DNA of 64,000 bases, from NCBI GenBank assembly GCA_041671085.1, contig JBAZCG010000003.1, forward strand, positions 7,641 to 71,640, read 5' to 3'. Of this stretch, positions 19,263 through 29,448 are shown in pieces (position 1 is the stretch's first letter; every line of letters begins with the position of its first letter). A model generated the notes under the pieces. The model ran no database searches, was not told the DNA's origin, and saw nothing but the letters and a program-made list of their open reading frames with translations. The DNA is from Desulfurivibrionaceae bacterium (GTDB taxonomy: Bacteria > Desulfobacterota > Desulfobulbia > Desulfobulbales > Desulfurivibrionaceae). A program made the position numbers and the translations under genes.

Positions 19263-20519
19263 ATGGATAAGATAGTTATTGAAGGTGGATATCCCCTGCA
19301 TGGTGAAATTCCGGTGAGCGGCGCCAAAAACGCGGCCCTGCCGCTGATGGCTGCCTGTCTGCTGAGCGCTGAACCGATCATCTTGCGTAACGTGCCGGAT
19401 CTTCGGGATGTCCGAACATTTCTTACCCTGTTGGAGTCTTTCGGGGTCAAGTGGCAGAAAGAAGGCACGGTGCTGGTGCTTGATGCCTCAACGATTACCA
19501 GCTGCGAGGCTTCCTATGAGCTGGTGAAGACCATGCGGGCCTCGGTGCTGGTTTTAGGGCCGCTCCTGGCCCGGATGGGTACGGCCCGGGTTTCCCTGCC
19601 CGGAGGCTGCGCCATCGGCGCCCGGCCCATCAATTTTCATCTCCAGGGTCTGGAAAAACTCGGTTCCCAGAACGAATTGAGCCAGGGGTATGTCGAGGCC
19701 AAGGTCGAGGGAAGATTGCAGGGAGGTACCGTCTGTTTCGATATCCCTTCCGTTACCGGCACGGAGAATATCCTCATGGCCGCTACCCTGGCCGAGGGCG
19801 TCACCACGATCAAAAACGCGGCCCGTGAGCCGGAGATCGGGAATCTTGTCGATCTGCTTATTGCCATGGGGGCGCGGATCAAGGGCAAGGATTCCGACAC
19901 CCTGGTGGTTGAGGGGGTGAAGAAGCTGCACGGGGCCGAACAGGAGGTTATCCCCGACCGGATCGAGGCCGGGACCTATCTCATCGCGGTTGGCGCGGTT
20001 GGCGGCGAGGCCACGGTGACGCAGTGTAACCCGCAGCATCTGCCCGCCCTGCTGGAAAAATTACGGGCGGCGGGGCTGTCGATCGAGGAGGACCGGGACC
20101 GTATCCATGTCGCCCGCACGGGACCGCTTCGGAGCGTGGATATCAAAACCATGCCCTATCCCGGCTTCCCAACGGATCTCCAAGCCCAAATCATGGCGTT
20201 GATGACCTTGAGCGATGGCCTGAGCGTGATTGCCGAGACCATCTTCGAGAACCGTTTCATGCATGTGGCCGAACTGCACCGCATGGGGGCGGATATCAAG
20301 GTGGATGGTCACAGCGCCATCGTCACCGGCACAGGCCGATTGAGCGGAGCGCCGGTGATGGCCACGGATCTGCGGGCCAGCGCCTCCTTGGTGATCGCGG
20401 CCCTTGCCGCCGAGGGGGAAACACATATCTCCCGGGTCTATCATCTGGACCGGGGCTATGACAACCTGGTTGGCAAGCTCTCCGAGGCCGGTGCCAGGAT
20501 CAGGCGCGAAAAAGAGTGA
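19263..20519 (+). CDS. murA: UDP-N-acetylglucosamine 1-carboxyvinyltransferase
   Basis: [41 protein letters not shown] and HLDRGY. Confidence 0.98.
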   Translation: MDKIVIEGGYPLHGEIPVSGAKNAALPLMAACLLSAEPIILRNVPDLRDVRTFLTLLESFGVKWQKEGTVLVLDASTITSCEASYELVKTMRASVLVLGPLLARMGTARVSLPGGCAIGARPINFHLQGLEKLGSQNELSQGYVEAKVEGRLQGGTVCFDIPSVTGTENILMAATLAEGVTTIKNAAREPEIGNLVDLLIAMGARIKGKDSDTLVVEGVKKLHGAEQEVIPDRIEAGTYLIAVGAVGGEATVTQCNPQHLPALLEKLRAAGLSIEEDRDRIHVARTGPLRSVDIKTMPYPGFPTDLQAQIMALMTLSDGLSVIAETIFENRFMHVAELHRMGADIKVDGHSAIVTGTGRLSGAPVMATDLRASASLVIAALAAEGETHISRVYHLDRGYDNLVGKLSEAGARIRREKE

Positions 20520-20520
20520 G

Positions 20521-22326
20521 TTAAGCCGGCAGGACAATGCTCACCGTGGTGCCTTCCCCTACTGTGCTCGCGATTTTGATCGTGCCCCCGTGTTCGTCAA
20601 TGATTTTGTAAACCATGGCCAGCCCCAGACCGGTACCTTCCGGTTTGGTCGTGAAATACGGGTCCATGACCCGTTCCAGAATATCCTCCGCGATTCCGCA
20701 GCCCGTGTCCCGTACGGTTATTTCCACAGTGCCCGACCGGTTCCCCTCATGCACCGACACCTGTAATTCTCCACCCTGTTCCATGGCCTGCAAGCTGTTG
20801 AGGTAAAGGTTTAGGAGCACTTGGTTGAGGCGGTCTTTGTCCAGACGTACCTGGGGGCGGTCCAAGGCGATCTCGTGGTGCACGGTAACGCCCAATTCCT
20901 TGGCGTCACTCTGGATAAGCTTGAGGGATGCCTCGATAAACGGTTCGATTGCAACCTCGTTGATGGTCAGGGGGAGAGGGCGGGCGTAAGTCAGCAGTTC
21001 GGTGATGCTGCGGTTGAGTCGTTCCACTTCGTTGATCAACAGCCTGGCGGCCTCTCCCTCCTCACTTTCCACAGGAAACCGGGAGCCAAGCAGGGTGGCA
21101 AACCCCTTGATGGAACTCAAGGGGTTTCTCACCTCGTGGGCAACACCGGCGGCCATCTTGCCGAGGGCGACAAGACGGTCATGACGCCGAACCTGGGCTT
21201 CTAGTTTTTTGATCTCCGAGATATCATACATCAGCATGACTCTGCCGATCATATTGCCTTGGCCATCGGTGATGGGTACAGAGCTGATGTGCAGGTGATT
21301 AGGCGCTGGAGAATCCGGGGGCAGGAGAATCTCTCGGTCTATTACCTCCCTTTTATGTTCTCCAGGGGGGATGAGTTGCTGGATTTGCGGCAGGACGGTT
21401 GCCTGAAGGTGGCCAATGGTCTGCTCCGGGGTTTTTCCGGTGAATTTTGCCGCAGTGCTGTTGAAGGTCTGGATATGTCCTTCAGCATTGGTTGCGATGA
21501 TGCCCACGGGCAGACGGGAAATAAGTAAGTCGGTAAAGGCCCGCATATTCATGAGGGTTTTCTGGGACGATCGGTAGCTTTGCGCGGTGAGCAAGGCGAT
21601 CCAGCCGCCAATCGCCACCAGCAGCATGGCGATGGACATATATATCATGTGGTAGCGGTCTTGCTGGATAATCTTATCCTGTTCCGTCATGTCAAGGCCG
21701 ACAACAATAGAGAGATTGTCCCCGTGCATCCAGGTGTCCTTGCCTGGAAAAGATTGGCAGGCAGACGGGCCTTGCGCATCTTCCCCGGCAGGGCTGTTCG
21801 GTTTCTCCGCCTGCTGCATTGCCTGCATGTGTCTTTTGAAGAAATAACCGCGTCCGCGCATGAACGGTTTGAATGGTGCTACAATTTCAAAGACCTTTTG
21901 TTTCGTGCTCTGGTTGCTGATGATATGGTATTTGCCGATGGGGGCAAGATCAGTGTCAGTAAGCAGGGGATGGTCGAGATCGGTGCCCACCAGGCCGGGA
22001 GTGCTGTGCACCACGATCTTCCCCGTGCTGTCGGTTACGGCAATATAGAGAATGCTCGATTCTCCCGCAGCTTGTTCGATCAAGTGTTGGAATTGTTGGA
22101 TGTTGGGGGCACCCATCATCATTGAGGCCCTGGTGCCTGCGCCGATAAAACGGATTATGGCCTGCCCTTTGTTGAAAAGACTTTCGGTCATGATCCGTTT
22201 TTCCCGCTGTAGGTTATTGGCTGCGAAGAAAAAAACAATGGCAATGAGCATGCCGATGGCCGTGGCGAGAATCCAGGGGGAGGCATAGGCAAATGGGGAG
22301 GTAATTATTTGGGTCTTTTTTTTCAT
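20521..22326 (-). CDS. zraS: ZraS/HydH-like sensor histidine kinase (2 TM, PAS, HisKA, HATPase)
   Basis: AAGVAHEVRNPLSSIKGFA, QVLLNLYLNS, DTGCG and PYFTTKPEGTGLGL; divergent from a ZraP-like gene. Confidence 0.8.
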   Translation of the reverse strand: MKKKTQIITSPFAYASPWILATAIGMLIAIVFFFAANNLQREKRIMTESLFNKGQAIIRFIGAGTRASMMMGAPNIQQFQHLIEQAAGESSILYIAVTDSTGKIVVHSTPGLVGTDLDHPLLTDTDLAPIGKYHIISNQSTKQKVFEIVAPFKPFMRGRGYFFKRHMQAMQQAEKPNSPAGEDAQGPSACQSFPGKDTWMHGDNLSIVVGLDMTEQDKIIQQDRYHMIYMSIAMLLVAIGGWIALLTAQSYRSSQKTLMNMRAFTDLLISRLPVGIIATNAEGHIQTFNSTAAKFTGKTPEQTIGHLQATVLPQIQQLIPPGEHKREVIDREILLPPDSPAPNHLHISSVPITDGQGNMIGRVMLMYDISEIKKLEAQVRRHDRLVALGKMAAGVAHEVRNPLSSIKGFATLLGSRFPVESEEGEAARLLINEVERLNRSITELLTYARPLPLTINEVAIEPFIEASLKLIQSDAKELGVTVHHEIALDRPQVRLDKDRLNQVLLNLYLNSLQAMEQGGELQVSVHEGNRSGTVEITVRDTGCGIAEDILERVMDPYFTTKPEGTGLGLAMVYKIIDEHGGTIKIASTVGEGTTVSIVLPA

Positions 22327-22441
22327 GAGGCCTTATCCAGGGGAGAAATCTTTGTCGGCAAGGAGAAAATGTTTATCCTTATGAAACCACGATTATGCTG
22401 CGCAAGCAATTATTGTTCCTCCTCTGTTCTATTCCCAGAAA

Positions 22442-22457
22442 TGCAGTCACCATGCCA
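22442..22457 (-). promoter_or_regulatory. Sigma54 (-24/-12) promoter for the zraS-like kinase
   Basis: Minus strand reads TGGCATGGTGACTGCA, i.e. GG-N10-GC. Confidence 0.6.
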
Positions 22458-22486
22458 TATATATCTTTGTTCCGGGGGAGTTTCGG

Positions 22487-22538
22487 TTGGATAAAAAGTA
22501 GCCATACAGCTACCTGTCGCTTGGATAAAAAATACTCA
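22487..22538. promoter_or_regulatory. Tandem candidate enhancer (UAS) sites, ZraR-box-like
   Basis: TTGGATAAAAAGTAGCCA (22487) and TTGGATAAAAAATACTCA (22521), 34 bp apart, between two divergent sigma54-like promoters. Confidence 0.55.
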
Positions 22539-22631
22539 ACCCGTATCTTCTGTCCTAATTTTGTGTGAGGTCTTGTGTCTTTTTTAACTAAAAAAATGTA
22601 ATTTCAGCAGGTTATGTTTTTGTTCGGCTGT

Positions 22632-22647
22632 TGGCATGATTGTTGTA
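22632..22647 (+). promoter_or_regulatory. Sigma54-like promoter for the zraP-like gene
   Basis: TGGCATGATTGTTGTA, i.e. GG-N10-GT (variant -12 element). Confidence 0.5.
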
Positions 22648-22719
22648 ATAAGAACAGATTACATGAAGAAACCATTGCAACCCCATTTTATCCAACACCA
22701 TATGATTAGGAGGTAAACG

Positions 22720-23157
22720 ATGAAAAAAACACTACTTACAGTTGCTGCAATAGCTACGATTGGTTTGGCCGGGTATCAGCTTGCCGAGGCGCAACCAGGG
22801 GGGGGCGGAGGCATGGGCATGGGGCCTGGCTGTGCAATGATGGCTGGTCCGGGGCAAGGTCAAGTGCAGATGAGCGAAGAGGCCCTGAAGGCCAGGGAGA
22901 AATTTTTTAACGAGACAACAGAGCTTCGCAAGAAGATCTTTTCCAAGAAGACAGAATTGGACGCGGTCATGAGCGGGGAAAAGCCGGATGAAAAAAAAGC
23001 GGCCAAGCTCTCTGAGGAGTTGTTTGATCTCCGTGGTCAGATGCGTAAAACGGCCCAGGATGCAGGTTTGTCCCAGGTCGGTTTCGGCCCTGGCTTTTGC
23101 GGCGGGCCTGGGATGGGCATGGGGTGCGTCTCCCAGCGACGCTCCTGCCGCTGGTAG
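22720..23157 (+). CDS. zraP: ZraP/Spy/CpxP-family periplasmic protein
   Basis: AGGAGG RBS, signal peptide, Gly/Met-rich ends and a helical core (ETTELRKKIFSKKTEL..PDEKKAAKLSEELFDLR). Confidence 0.78.
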   Translation: MKKTLLTVAAIATIGLAGYQLAEAQPGGGGGMGMGPGCAMMAGPGQGQVQMSEEALKAREKFFNETTELRKKIFSKKTELDAVMSGEKPDEKKAAKLSEELFDLRGQMRKTAQDAGLSQVGFGPGFCGGPGMGMGCVSQRRSCRW

Positions 23158-23185
23158 TCATTGCTGGGCATTTTTACTGATTTTG

Positions 23186-23220
23186 GGTGGACTTCACTGT
23201 TGAAGTCCACCTATTTTTTT
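23186..23220 (+). terminator. Rho-independent terminator
   Basis: GGTGGACTTCA-CTGT-TGAAGTCCACC followed by TATTTTTTT. Confidence 0.8.
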
Positions 23221-23422
23221 GGGTTATTCGTGAAAAAGTTCAGGGTCAAAAAGTGCCAGTAGCGGCATGGCAAAAAGAATGCATCTTGTTCCGACTTGGC
23301 GAGAAGAAATCATCATAAATTAATGGCTTCGCCTGTGATGGGAGCGGCGGATTTTCATCATCAAACAAGGGGTTATGTAAAAAACGCCCTGATAGTCTGG
23401 CTCCGGAATAACAATCCGGTTT

Positions 23423-24331
23423 TTACCAGTCGCACGCCTGGTGTTCTGCTGTTTTTTCCGTGCTCGAACCAGGTAGGACGATTCTCACTTTTTCGATCAT
23501 ATGATCCGGAGAGTAACTTTCTTTAGCCCTACGTAAGCCGGGAATTCCAAGATCTTGCTCCCGGTTGACATAGGAGAAATCGGTTAAATTGTCTCTGGCA
23601 AACCACTGGTTGATAAGCTGGGCCAAGCCATGAAATTGGGGCATGGCTTTTTCGAAATGGCAGACTGCGGTTGATGGATTGAGCGCTTCGCCCACCGTAA
23701 AGGCCTCGATGGTCCCCTTAATTCGGATGGCGCCACCGGTCAGGGGAAATTCTTTGTAGTGCCGCAAGGTTTCTTCTATTGCCTGATATTCCCCGCACAA
23801 TCCTGGTTCAGTCTTGCAATTTCGGGCGGCACACCACCGATCCTGCATGGCTAGGCATTCTGGAACTGTTTCCGGGGTAATGATTTCGTACTGGCAGTTG
23901 TACGCGGCCAGACACTGGTTGATGTGATTTCGTTTTTTGGTGAAATACCTGCCGGACAGGGTGGCCAGGTCTTCCCTGCGGTAGACATAGTCGGCATTGT
24001 CCCGGTCTTCGACAACCATTGCGCCTGGCAGCAGGGCTGCGTCCGGGAGGTTTTTCTTCGGAAAGCGCTCGGCCCCCGTTATCTGGTTGCCGTATTTACT
24101 AAAAATATCGGGTAGGGATACCCGACCGATGGGGGACCCTAGGATGACCAGGCCCATTTGGGTCTTGGCAAAAAAGAGGAGTGATTCGTTGAACTCGTCT
24201 ACCCAGATTGGTCGGGTGTGCCGCCAGGCATAGAGATTCGTGAAGGTTAGCTCCGAGACGGCAGGAGGAAACCGCCTGAGATATTCCGTAACGGTCAGTC
24301 TGTCATCAAGGGAAAGCGGACGCAGGTTCAT
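23423..24331 (-). CDS. DUF2156 (MprF C-terminal/GNAT-like) domain protein
   Basis: SELTFTNLYAW, RDNADYVY, KKRNHIN, HFEKA and NREQDLGIPGLRRAKESY. Start at MNLRPL follows an AGGAG RBS. Confidence 0.85.
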   Translation of the reverse strand: MNLRPLSLDDRLTVTEYLRRFPPAVSELTFTNLYAWRHTRPIWVDEFNESLLFFAKTQMGLVILGSPIGRVSLPDIFSKYGNQITGAERFPKKNLPDAALLPGAMVVEDRDNADYVYRREDLATLSGRYFTKKRNHINQCLAAYNCQYEIITPETVPECLAMQDRWCAARNCKTEPGLCGEYQAIEETLRHYKEFPLTGGAIRIKGTIEAFTVGEALNPSTAVCHFEKAMPQFHGLAQLINQWFARDNLTDFSYVNREQDLGIPGLRRAKESYSPDHMIEKVRIVLPGSSTEKTAEHQACDW

Positions 24332-24518
24332 AGGACTCCTGTGAGTTTTGCTAAGATCAGTATAAGGGTGCCGCAGGATTCTTGCAATTGATTCCATTGC
24401 CAAGGGCGCGTTGCTTTTCTTGCAAATGCGGAGGAATCCGTATAGATTGTCAGGTTTGTTGTTGGGCGGCGAATGATAAGAAAATTCGGAAGATTTCCTC
24501 CCCGAAAAAGGTGAAGAG

Positions 24519-25367
24519 ATGGAAGTGGTGCTTGCCAAGAACGCAGGCTTTTGCATGGGGGTGCGTCGGGCGGTTGAGACCACCCTCGGCATGGTTCAGA
24601 AGGGTGAAACTACCATTGCTACCTTTGGTCCCCTGATCCACAACCCGCAGGTTCTGAAACTGCTTGAGGAGCAGGGGGTGAAAATTCTTACGGAGATTCC
24701 GGACCAGGCCGCCGGCGCCATAATTATCCGAGCCCACGGTATTCCCCCTGAGCAGAAAAAGAAGCTTGAAGCCACCGGCGCCAGGGTGGAGGACGCCACC
24801 TGCCCCCGCGTTCTCAAGGTGCAGGCCATCATAGCCAGATATAAAAAAGAGGGCTACCCCACAGTGATTATAGGCGACCGTGATCATGCCGAGGTCGAGG
24901 GGCTTATGGGTTATGCCGACAATGCCGGACAGGTGGTGAACAGCGAGGCTGATGTAGCGGCTCTGCGGCTTGACGGTCCCTACATCATTGTCAGCCAAAC
25001 CACCCAGGATGAGCATCTTTTTGAAAAGCTTAAAGAAGCGATCCTGCAAAAGTATCCCGGGGGTGAGGTGTTTAACACCATCTGCGATTCCACCCATAAA
25101 CGGCAGGAGGAGGTCCGGCAGCTCTGTCAGCAGGTTGAAGCGCTGGTTGTGGTCGGGGGGCGGACAAGTGCGAACACCAAAAGGCTGGGAGAGATTGCAG
25201 AAAGCTTGGGTTGCCCAGTGTTCATGGTGGAGTCGGAAAATGATCTTGAACCTCAGGCTTTGGTGCGCTATGGGCGGGTGGGGGTTACGGCAGGTGCGTC
25301 CACCCCGAACTGGGTGATCAGTCGGATTGTTGAAGTGCTTGAAAATATGACGGCAAAGACGCCGTGA
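24519..25367 (+). CDS. ispH: 4-hydroxy-3-methylbut-2-enyl diphosphate reductase
   Basis: AGFCMGVRRA, IHNP, RAHG, DATCP, HAEV, SQTT, TICDSTHKRQ and GVTAGASTP. Confidence 0.96.
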   Translation: MEVVLAKNAGFCMGVRRAVETTLGMVQKGETTIATFGPLIHNPQVLKLLEEQGVKILTEIPDQAAGAIIIRAHGIPPEQKKKLEATGARVEDATCPRVLKVQAIIARYKKEGYPTVIIGDRDHAEVEGLMGYADNAGQVVNSEADVAALRLDGPYIIVSQTTQDEHLFEKLKEAILQKYPGGEVFNTICDSTHKRQEEVRQLCQQVEALVVVGGRTSANTKRLGEIAESLGCPVFMVESENDLEPQALVRYGRVGVTAGASTPNWVISRIVEVLENMTAKTP

Positions 25368-25379
25368 GAGGAAAGAATA

Positions 25380-26447
25380 ATGTTGAGCTGGTTTAAGAAG
25401 AAACTTGGAGGCGCACAGGATATCCATTCGGAGCAGGGCGCTGAATTATCAGAAATCCCTACGCTTGTTCCGGCTGTAAATTTGGCGGAAATCCCAGTGG
25501 AGCAGGAGGAGACTGGGGGCAAGTTTTTTCTGCGACTCAAGGAAGGTCTGTCCCGAACGCGGAAAACTTTTGTCCGCCAGATTGACGCGCTCTTTTTGGG
25601 AAAGAAGAAAATTGACGCCGAGCTGCTTGAGGATCTTGAGGAAATTTTGATTATGGCGGATATCGGCGCCACCACCACTCAGGAACTTCTTGCGAAAACC
25701 CGGGATCAGGTCCGACGCAACGCCTTGGGCGATGCTCTGGCCCTCAAAAAAGCACTCAAAGAGATGATTCTCGGTTATCTGGTCAATGCGGGCCGACCTG
25801 CAGATCGTGCCCTGCCGACGCAGGGACCTTTTGTCATCATGGTGTTGGGTGTCAACGGTGTGGGTAAGACCACGACCATCGGTAAGCTGGCTTATAAGTT
25901 CACCCAGGCAGGGCAAAAGGTGCTACTGGTTGCGGCCGACACCTTTCGGGCTGCAGCCAGCGAACAGCTGCAAATCTGGGGCAAGCGGGTCGGGGTGGAG
26001 GTCGTGGCCCAGCAAGCCGGGGCAGACCCATCCTCCGTAGTGTACGATGCCCTTGACTATGCCAGGCCGCGCAATTTTGACGTGGTGCTGGTGGACACGG
26101 CAGGCCGGTTGCACACCAAGGTAAATCTTATGGAAGAGCTGAAAAAGATCAAGCGGGTCATGGATAAAAAAGTTCCGGGCGCACCCCATGAAATTCTGCT
26201 GGTACTCGACGCCACCACGGGGCAGAACGCTATTTCCCAAGCGCGACTTTTTAACGAGGCCGTGGATGTTACCGGTCTGGCCTTGACCAAGCTTGACGGG
26301 ACCGCTAAGGGAGGCATTGTGATCAACATCTGTCATGAGTTTAACATCCCTATTCGTTTCATCGGTATTGGGGAACAGATGGAGGATCTGCGTGACTTTG
26401 AGCCGAATGAGTTTGTGGAGGCTCTGTTTGCCGAGGGTGAGGCATAA
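25380..26447 (+). CDS. ftsY: SRP receptor FtsY
   Basis: [29 protein letters not shown] and [10 protein letters not shown]. Confidence 0.97.
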   Translation: MLSWFKKKLGGAQDIHSEQGAELSEIPTLVPAVNLAEIPVEQEETGGKFFLRLKEGLSRTRKTFVRQIDALFLGKKKIDAELLEDLEEILIMADIGATTTQELLAKTRDQVRRNALGDALALKKALKEMILGYLVNAGRPADRALPTQGPFVIMVLGVNGVGKTTTIGKLAYKFTQAGQKVLLVAADTFRAAASEQLQIWGKRVGVEVVAQQAGADPSSVVYDALDYARPRNFDVVLVDTAGRLHTKVNLMEELKKIKRVMDKKVPGAPHEILLVLDATTGQNAISQARLFNEAVDVTGLALTKLDGTAKGGIVINICHEFNIPIRFIGIGEQMEDLRDFEPNEFVEALFAEGEA

Positions 26448-26450
26448 TGG

Positions 26451-26554
26451 GTAAGTGATTACAGGCCCGCGACATCTGCTTCGCAGTCTTGTTTCGTTCC
26501 CTTCCCCGCCGCTTTAAAGCCTTTGTCGCGCGCTGCCGCATCCTGTATCGCTGA
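26451..26554. repeat. Intergenic inverted-repeat element, copy A (degenerate)
   Basis: Imperfect terminal arms GTAAGTGATTACAGG...CCTGTATCGCTGAC. Internal CATCTGCTTCGCAGT and CTTTGTCG are shared with 41709-41832. Confidence 0.55.
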
Positions 26555-26645
26555 CAGCTTGGGGGGAGTGTTTTGCTTGGTCGTGTCTCCTGTGATCGAT
26601 TGTCGTAAAGGGTGTGGCGCAGTTTAAAAATAGTTCGAGGCCTTC

Positions 26646-27482
26646 ATGATCGTGTATCGTCAGCATAAGCCGCCGGGCTGTGGCGGGTTTCTTCTGGTTG
26701 TTGCCTTGCTTCTGTTCGCCATGGGCGGCGCTCCGCTCATCCTTGATGTGTTGGGTTTTTTGTTTTTCACCGGGGTATTTCTTGTCCTTATGGTCTTTGT
26801 CGGGATATGGGGGGTTTCTCAGTATGTCCGGCGGATGGCGAGCCGCTATGAACGATCCCAAACGGAAAGTCACAACCAGTTTGTCTTTCTGCTGATCAAC
26901 ATCCTGATTCGGATTGCCCAGGCGGACGGGGTTGTCACCAAGGCTGAACTTGGCCCCATCGAGAATTTCTTTCGTGACCATCTCCATTATAACCAGAGCC
27001 AGATGTACTGGGTGCGCGACCTGATCCAAGATGCGCTTGCCTCCCAGGCTTCCCTCGAAGCCATGCTTGTCGAGTTCAAAAAACATTTTGCCTATGAACC
27101 TCGGCTGATTCTGCTGGAGCTCATCTACCAAGTGCTGTACACCAATGCCCAGGTCTCCCCCCAGGAACTGGCCATGGTGCAGACCATTGCCGATTTCCTT
27201 GGGATTGCCGCCTATGACCATCATGCCATTCGGAGTAAATATGTCGGTGGCAGTCGTGGTCGCTCCTTCCCTGGCCAGGGAAGGAGCGAAACTCAGTACT
27301 ATGAAATCCTCGGGCTGGCGCCGGGGGCTTCACCTGAACAAATCAAAAGCGCTTATCGGAAATTGAGCATGCAGTATCACCCGGACAAGGTGGCGCATCT
27401 GGGAGAGGAGTTTCGGCGGGTGGCCGAGGAGAAGATGAAAGAGCTGAATGAGGCCTATCAGCACTTAAAGAAAACAGCCTGA
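26646..27482 (+). CDS. DjlA-like co-chaperone (TM + TerB-like + J domain)
   Basis: IAQADGVVT (TerB-like) and [23 protein letters not shown] (J-domain HPD). Confidence 0.88.
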   Translation: MIVYRQHKPPGCGGFLLVVALLLFAMGGAPLILDVLGFLFFTGVFLVLMVFVGIWGVSQYVRRMASRYERSQTESHNQFVFLLINILIRIAQADGVVTKAELGPIENFFRDHLHYNQSQMYWVRDLIQDALASQASLEAMLVEFKKHFAYEPRLILLELIYQVLYTNAQVSPQELAMVQTIADFLGIAAYDHHAIRSKYVGGSRGRSFPGQGRSETQYYEILGLAPGASPEQIKSAYRKLSMQYHPDKVAHLGEEFRRVAEEKMKELNEAYQHLKKTA

Positions 27483-27498
27483 ACAGGGTGGGCCGGGC

Positions 27499-28575
27499 AT
27501 GAATATCCTTGTTCTTGAACCCTATTACGGCGGATCGCATAAGGCGTTTCTTGCCGGGTTGATCCACCATCTTCCTTGTTCCTTTGAACTGTTGACCTTG
27601 CCTGCACATAGCTGGAAATGGCGGATGCGCCTTGCTGCCCCGCATTTTGCCAGGATTCTCGCCGGCGATCCGCAATATACAGGCAAGACCTTTGACCGGA
27701 TTCTCTGTTCCTCCCTTGTCGATGTCGCCGCCCTGCGTGGTCTGCTGCCATCGCATCTGCGCGGCATCCCCCTTTTGACCTATTTCCATGAGAACCAGTT
27801 CGCCTATCCGGTGCAGGTGTCTGAGGCGCGGGATGTGCATTTTGGTCTGACCAATCTCACCACAGCCTTGGCCTCGGACAGTCTTGCCTTTAACTCACAG
27901 TATAATCTGGATTCTTTTCTGGTTGGTTGTCGGGAGCTTCTGGTAAAGATGCCGGACATGTCCTTGCCTGGTTACGAGGCGATGATCCGCGCCAAGGCGA
28001 CCATTCTGCATCCGGGGCTGGATTTTAGCGGGATTGACTCCTGTTTGGCCGAGAGGCAGACGGGCAGGGTTCCGGTTCTTGTCTGGAATCATCGCTGGGA
28101 GCACGATAAGAATCCGGAATTGTTTTTCGACACACTGTGCGGGTTTGCAGATCAGGGGGTTCCTTTTGGTTTGATCGTGCTCGGGGAATCCTTTAGGAGT
28201 CAGCCGCCGGTTTTTGTCCAGGCAGCGCAGAGACTTGCCCCGCATATTGTCCATTTCGGCTATGCGGAAGATAGGCAAGAGTATTGCAGATTGCTCTGCC
28301 AGGGGGATATTGTCGTGTCCACTGCCAGGCACGAATTCTACGGCATTGCGGTTCTTGAGGCGGTGCGTGCAGGGTGTCGGCCCTTGGTGCCAGACCGCCT
28401 GTCGTATCGAGAGCTTTTTGCCCCCGCCTTTCGCTACGAGGATGCTGCTTTTGCTCAGAAACTGATGGCGGCCATGGAGGCGGGAAGACTAGCCATGGAT
28501 CAAGTAGAGGCGCTGACCAGTCGTTTTGCCTGGTCAGCGTTGACGGATAGTTTCCAGCGATGGCTGGCTTTTTAG
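27499..28575 (+). CDS. DUF3524 GT-B glycosyltransferase (GTDC1/QTMAN-like)
   Basis: LEPYYGGSH, WKWRMR, YFHENQ, FNSQYN, WNHRWEHDKNP, STARHEFYGIAVLEA and PDRLSY. Confidence 0.85.
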   Translation: MNILVLEPYYGGSHKAFLAGLIHHLPCSFELLTLPAHSWKWRMRLAAPHFARILAGDPQYTGKTFDRILCSSLVDVAALRGLLPSHLRGIPLLTYFHENQFAYPVQVSEARDVHFGLTNLTTALASDSLAFNSQYNLDSFLVGCRELLVKMPDMSLPGYEAMIRAKATILHPGLDFSGIDSCLAERQTGRVPVLVWNHRWEHDKNPELFFDTLCGFADQGVPFGLIVLGESFRSQPPVFVQAAQRLAPHIVHFGYAEDRQEYCRLLCQGDIVVSTARHEFYGIAVLEAVRAGCRPLVPDRLSYRELFAPAFRYEDAAFAQKLMAAMEAGRLAMDQVEALTSRFAWSALTDSFQRWLAF

Positions 28576-28600
28576 GGGGCATGCCGAGGAGGACGGGCCT

Positions 28601-29125
28601 TCACCCCTCAGTTGAAAGCATGCTCTGCAGCCACTCTATTTCTTTTATGAGAAGCTGTCGCTGGGCTTTGTCTTTTTGTTTCTTTGGATTCACTTTTTCC
28701 ACGTGGTGGACCGCCGCTTGTATCTGTAAAAGCAGTTGGTGATCCCGCATGATCCGTTTGAAACGGGCGCAGAATTCATCCATGGCAAAGGGCTTGCGGA
28801 TAAAATCGGAGGCTCCCGCGTCCACCGCATCGATGTAGGTGAAATCCGGGTGGCCGGTGATCACGATGGTCGGCAGGTCCGGTTTATGCGCATGGATTTT
28901 ATGGATCAACTCGATGCCAGTCATGCCCGGCATACCGATGTCTGCCACCACCGCATCGAAATCTTCATGCAGGGCTTTGTTCAGGGCAATAAATGGGGCA
29001 GAGCAGGTTTCGCACTGTATCGGTGCGCCTTCTTCTTCGAGAAGCTGGAGGAAGGTTTGGCAGAATGCTTCATCGTCATCAACCAAAAGGAACTTATATC
29101 TCCGTTTTGCTGTTGAGCTTGACAT
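28601..29125 (-). CDS. Response regulator (REC with a short helical tail)
   Basis: LLVDDD, ADIGMPGMTG, ITG and RKPF. Confidence 0.88.
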   Translation of the reverse strand: MSSSTAKRRYKFLLVDDDEAFCQTFLQLLEEEGAPIQCETCSAPFIALNKALHEDFDAVVADIGMPGMTGIELIHKIHAHKPDLPTIVITGHPDFTYIDAVDAGASDFIRKPFAMDEFCARFKRIMRDHQLLLQIQAAVHHVEKVNPKKQKDKAQRQLLIKEIEWLQSMLSTEG

Positions 29126-29227
29126 ACCTCCCTCCTTACGCCAGATTTGCGGCGTTCTGCTGAGATTGTCGGTTAGGAAACTTTTAGTTTTGCTGTGCTC
29201 CTTGATTGTCGTTATGGGGTGGGCTTT

Positions 29228-29437
29228 TCAACAGGGGCCGGAAGAATTCGTAGTTGTTCCGCTAAAATTTTTCGAGAGAAATTCGCATTCCGCAGGTGAG
29301 AGATCAAAGCGAATTTCTGCTTCGTTGATCACCATGTCCCGTTTTTTTTGCGGACTATTGATGAACTCTTCGCTCATCCAGCGCAGGGCTTTTTTCATCT
29401 TGTCACTGCCGGTTGGCAGCCTACTGTCACAATCCAT
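29228..29437 (-). CDS. Small hypothetical protein
   Basis: AGGAGAGG RBS, 11 bp after the glgB stop. Sequence includes KKALRWMSE..EAEIRFDLSPAECEFL. Confidence 0.65.
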   Translation of the reverse strand: MDCDSRLPTGSDKMKKALRWMSEEFINSPQKKRDMVINEAEIRFDLSPAECEFLSKNFSGTTTNSSGPC

Positions 29438-29448
29438 TTTCCTCTCCT

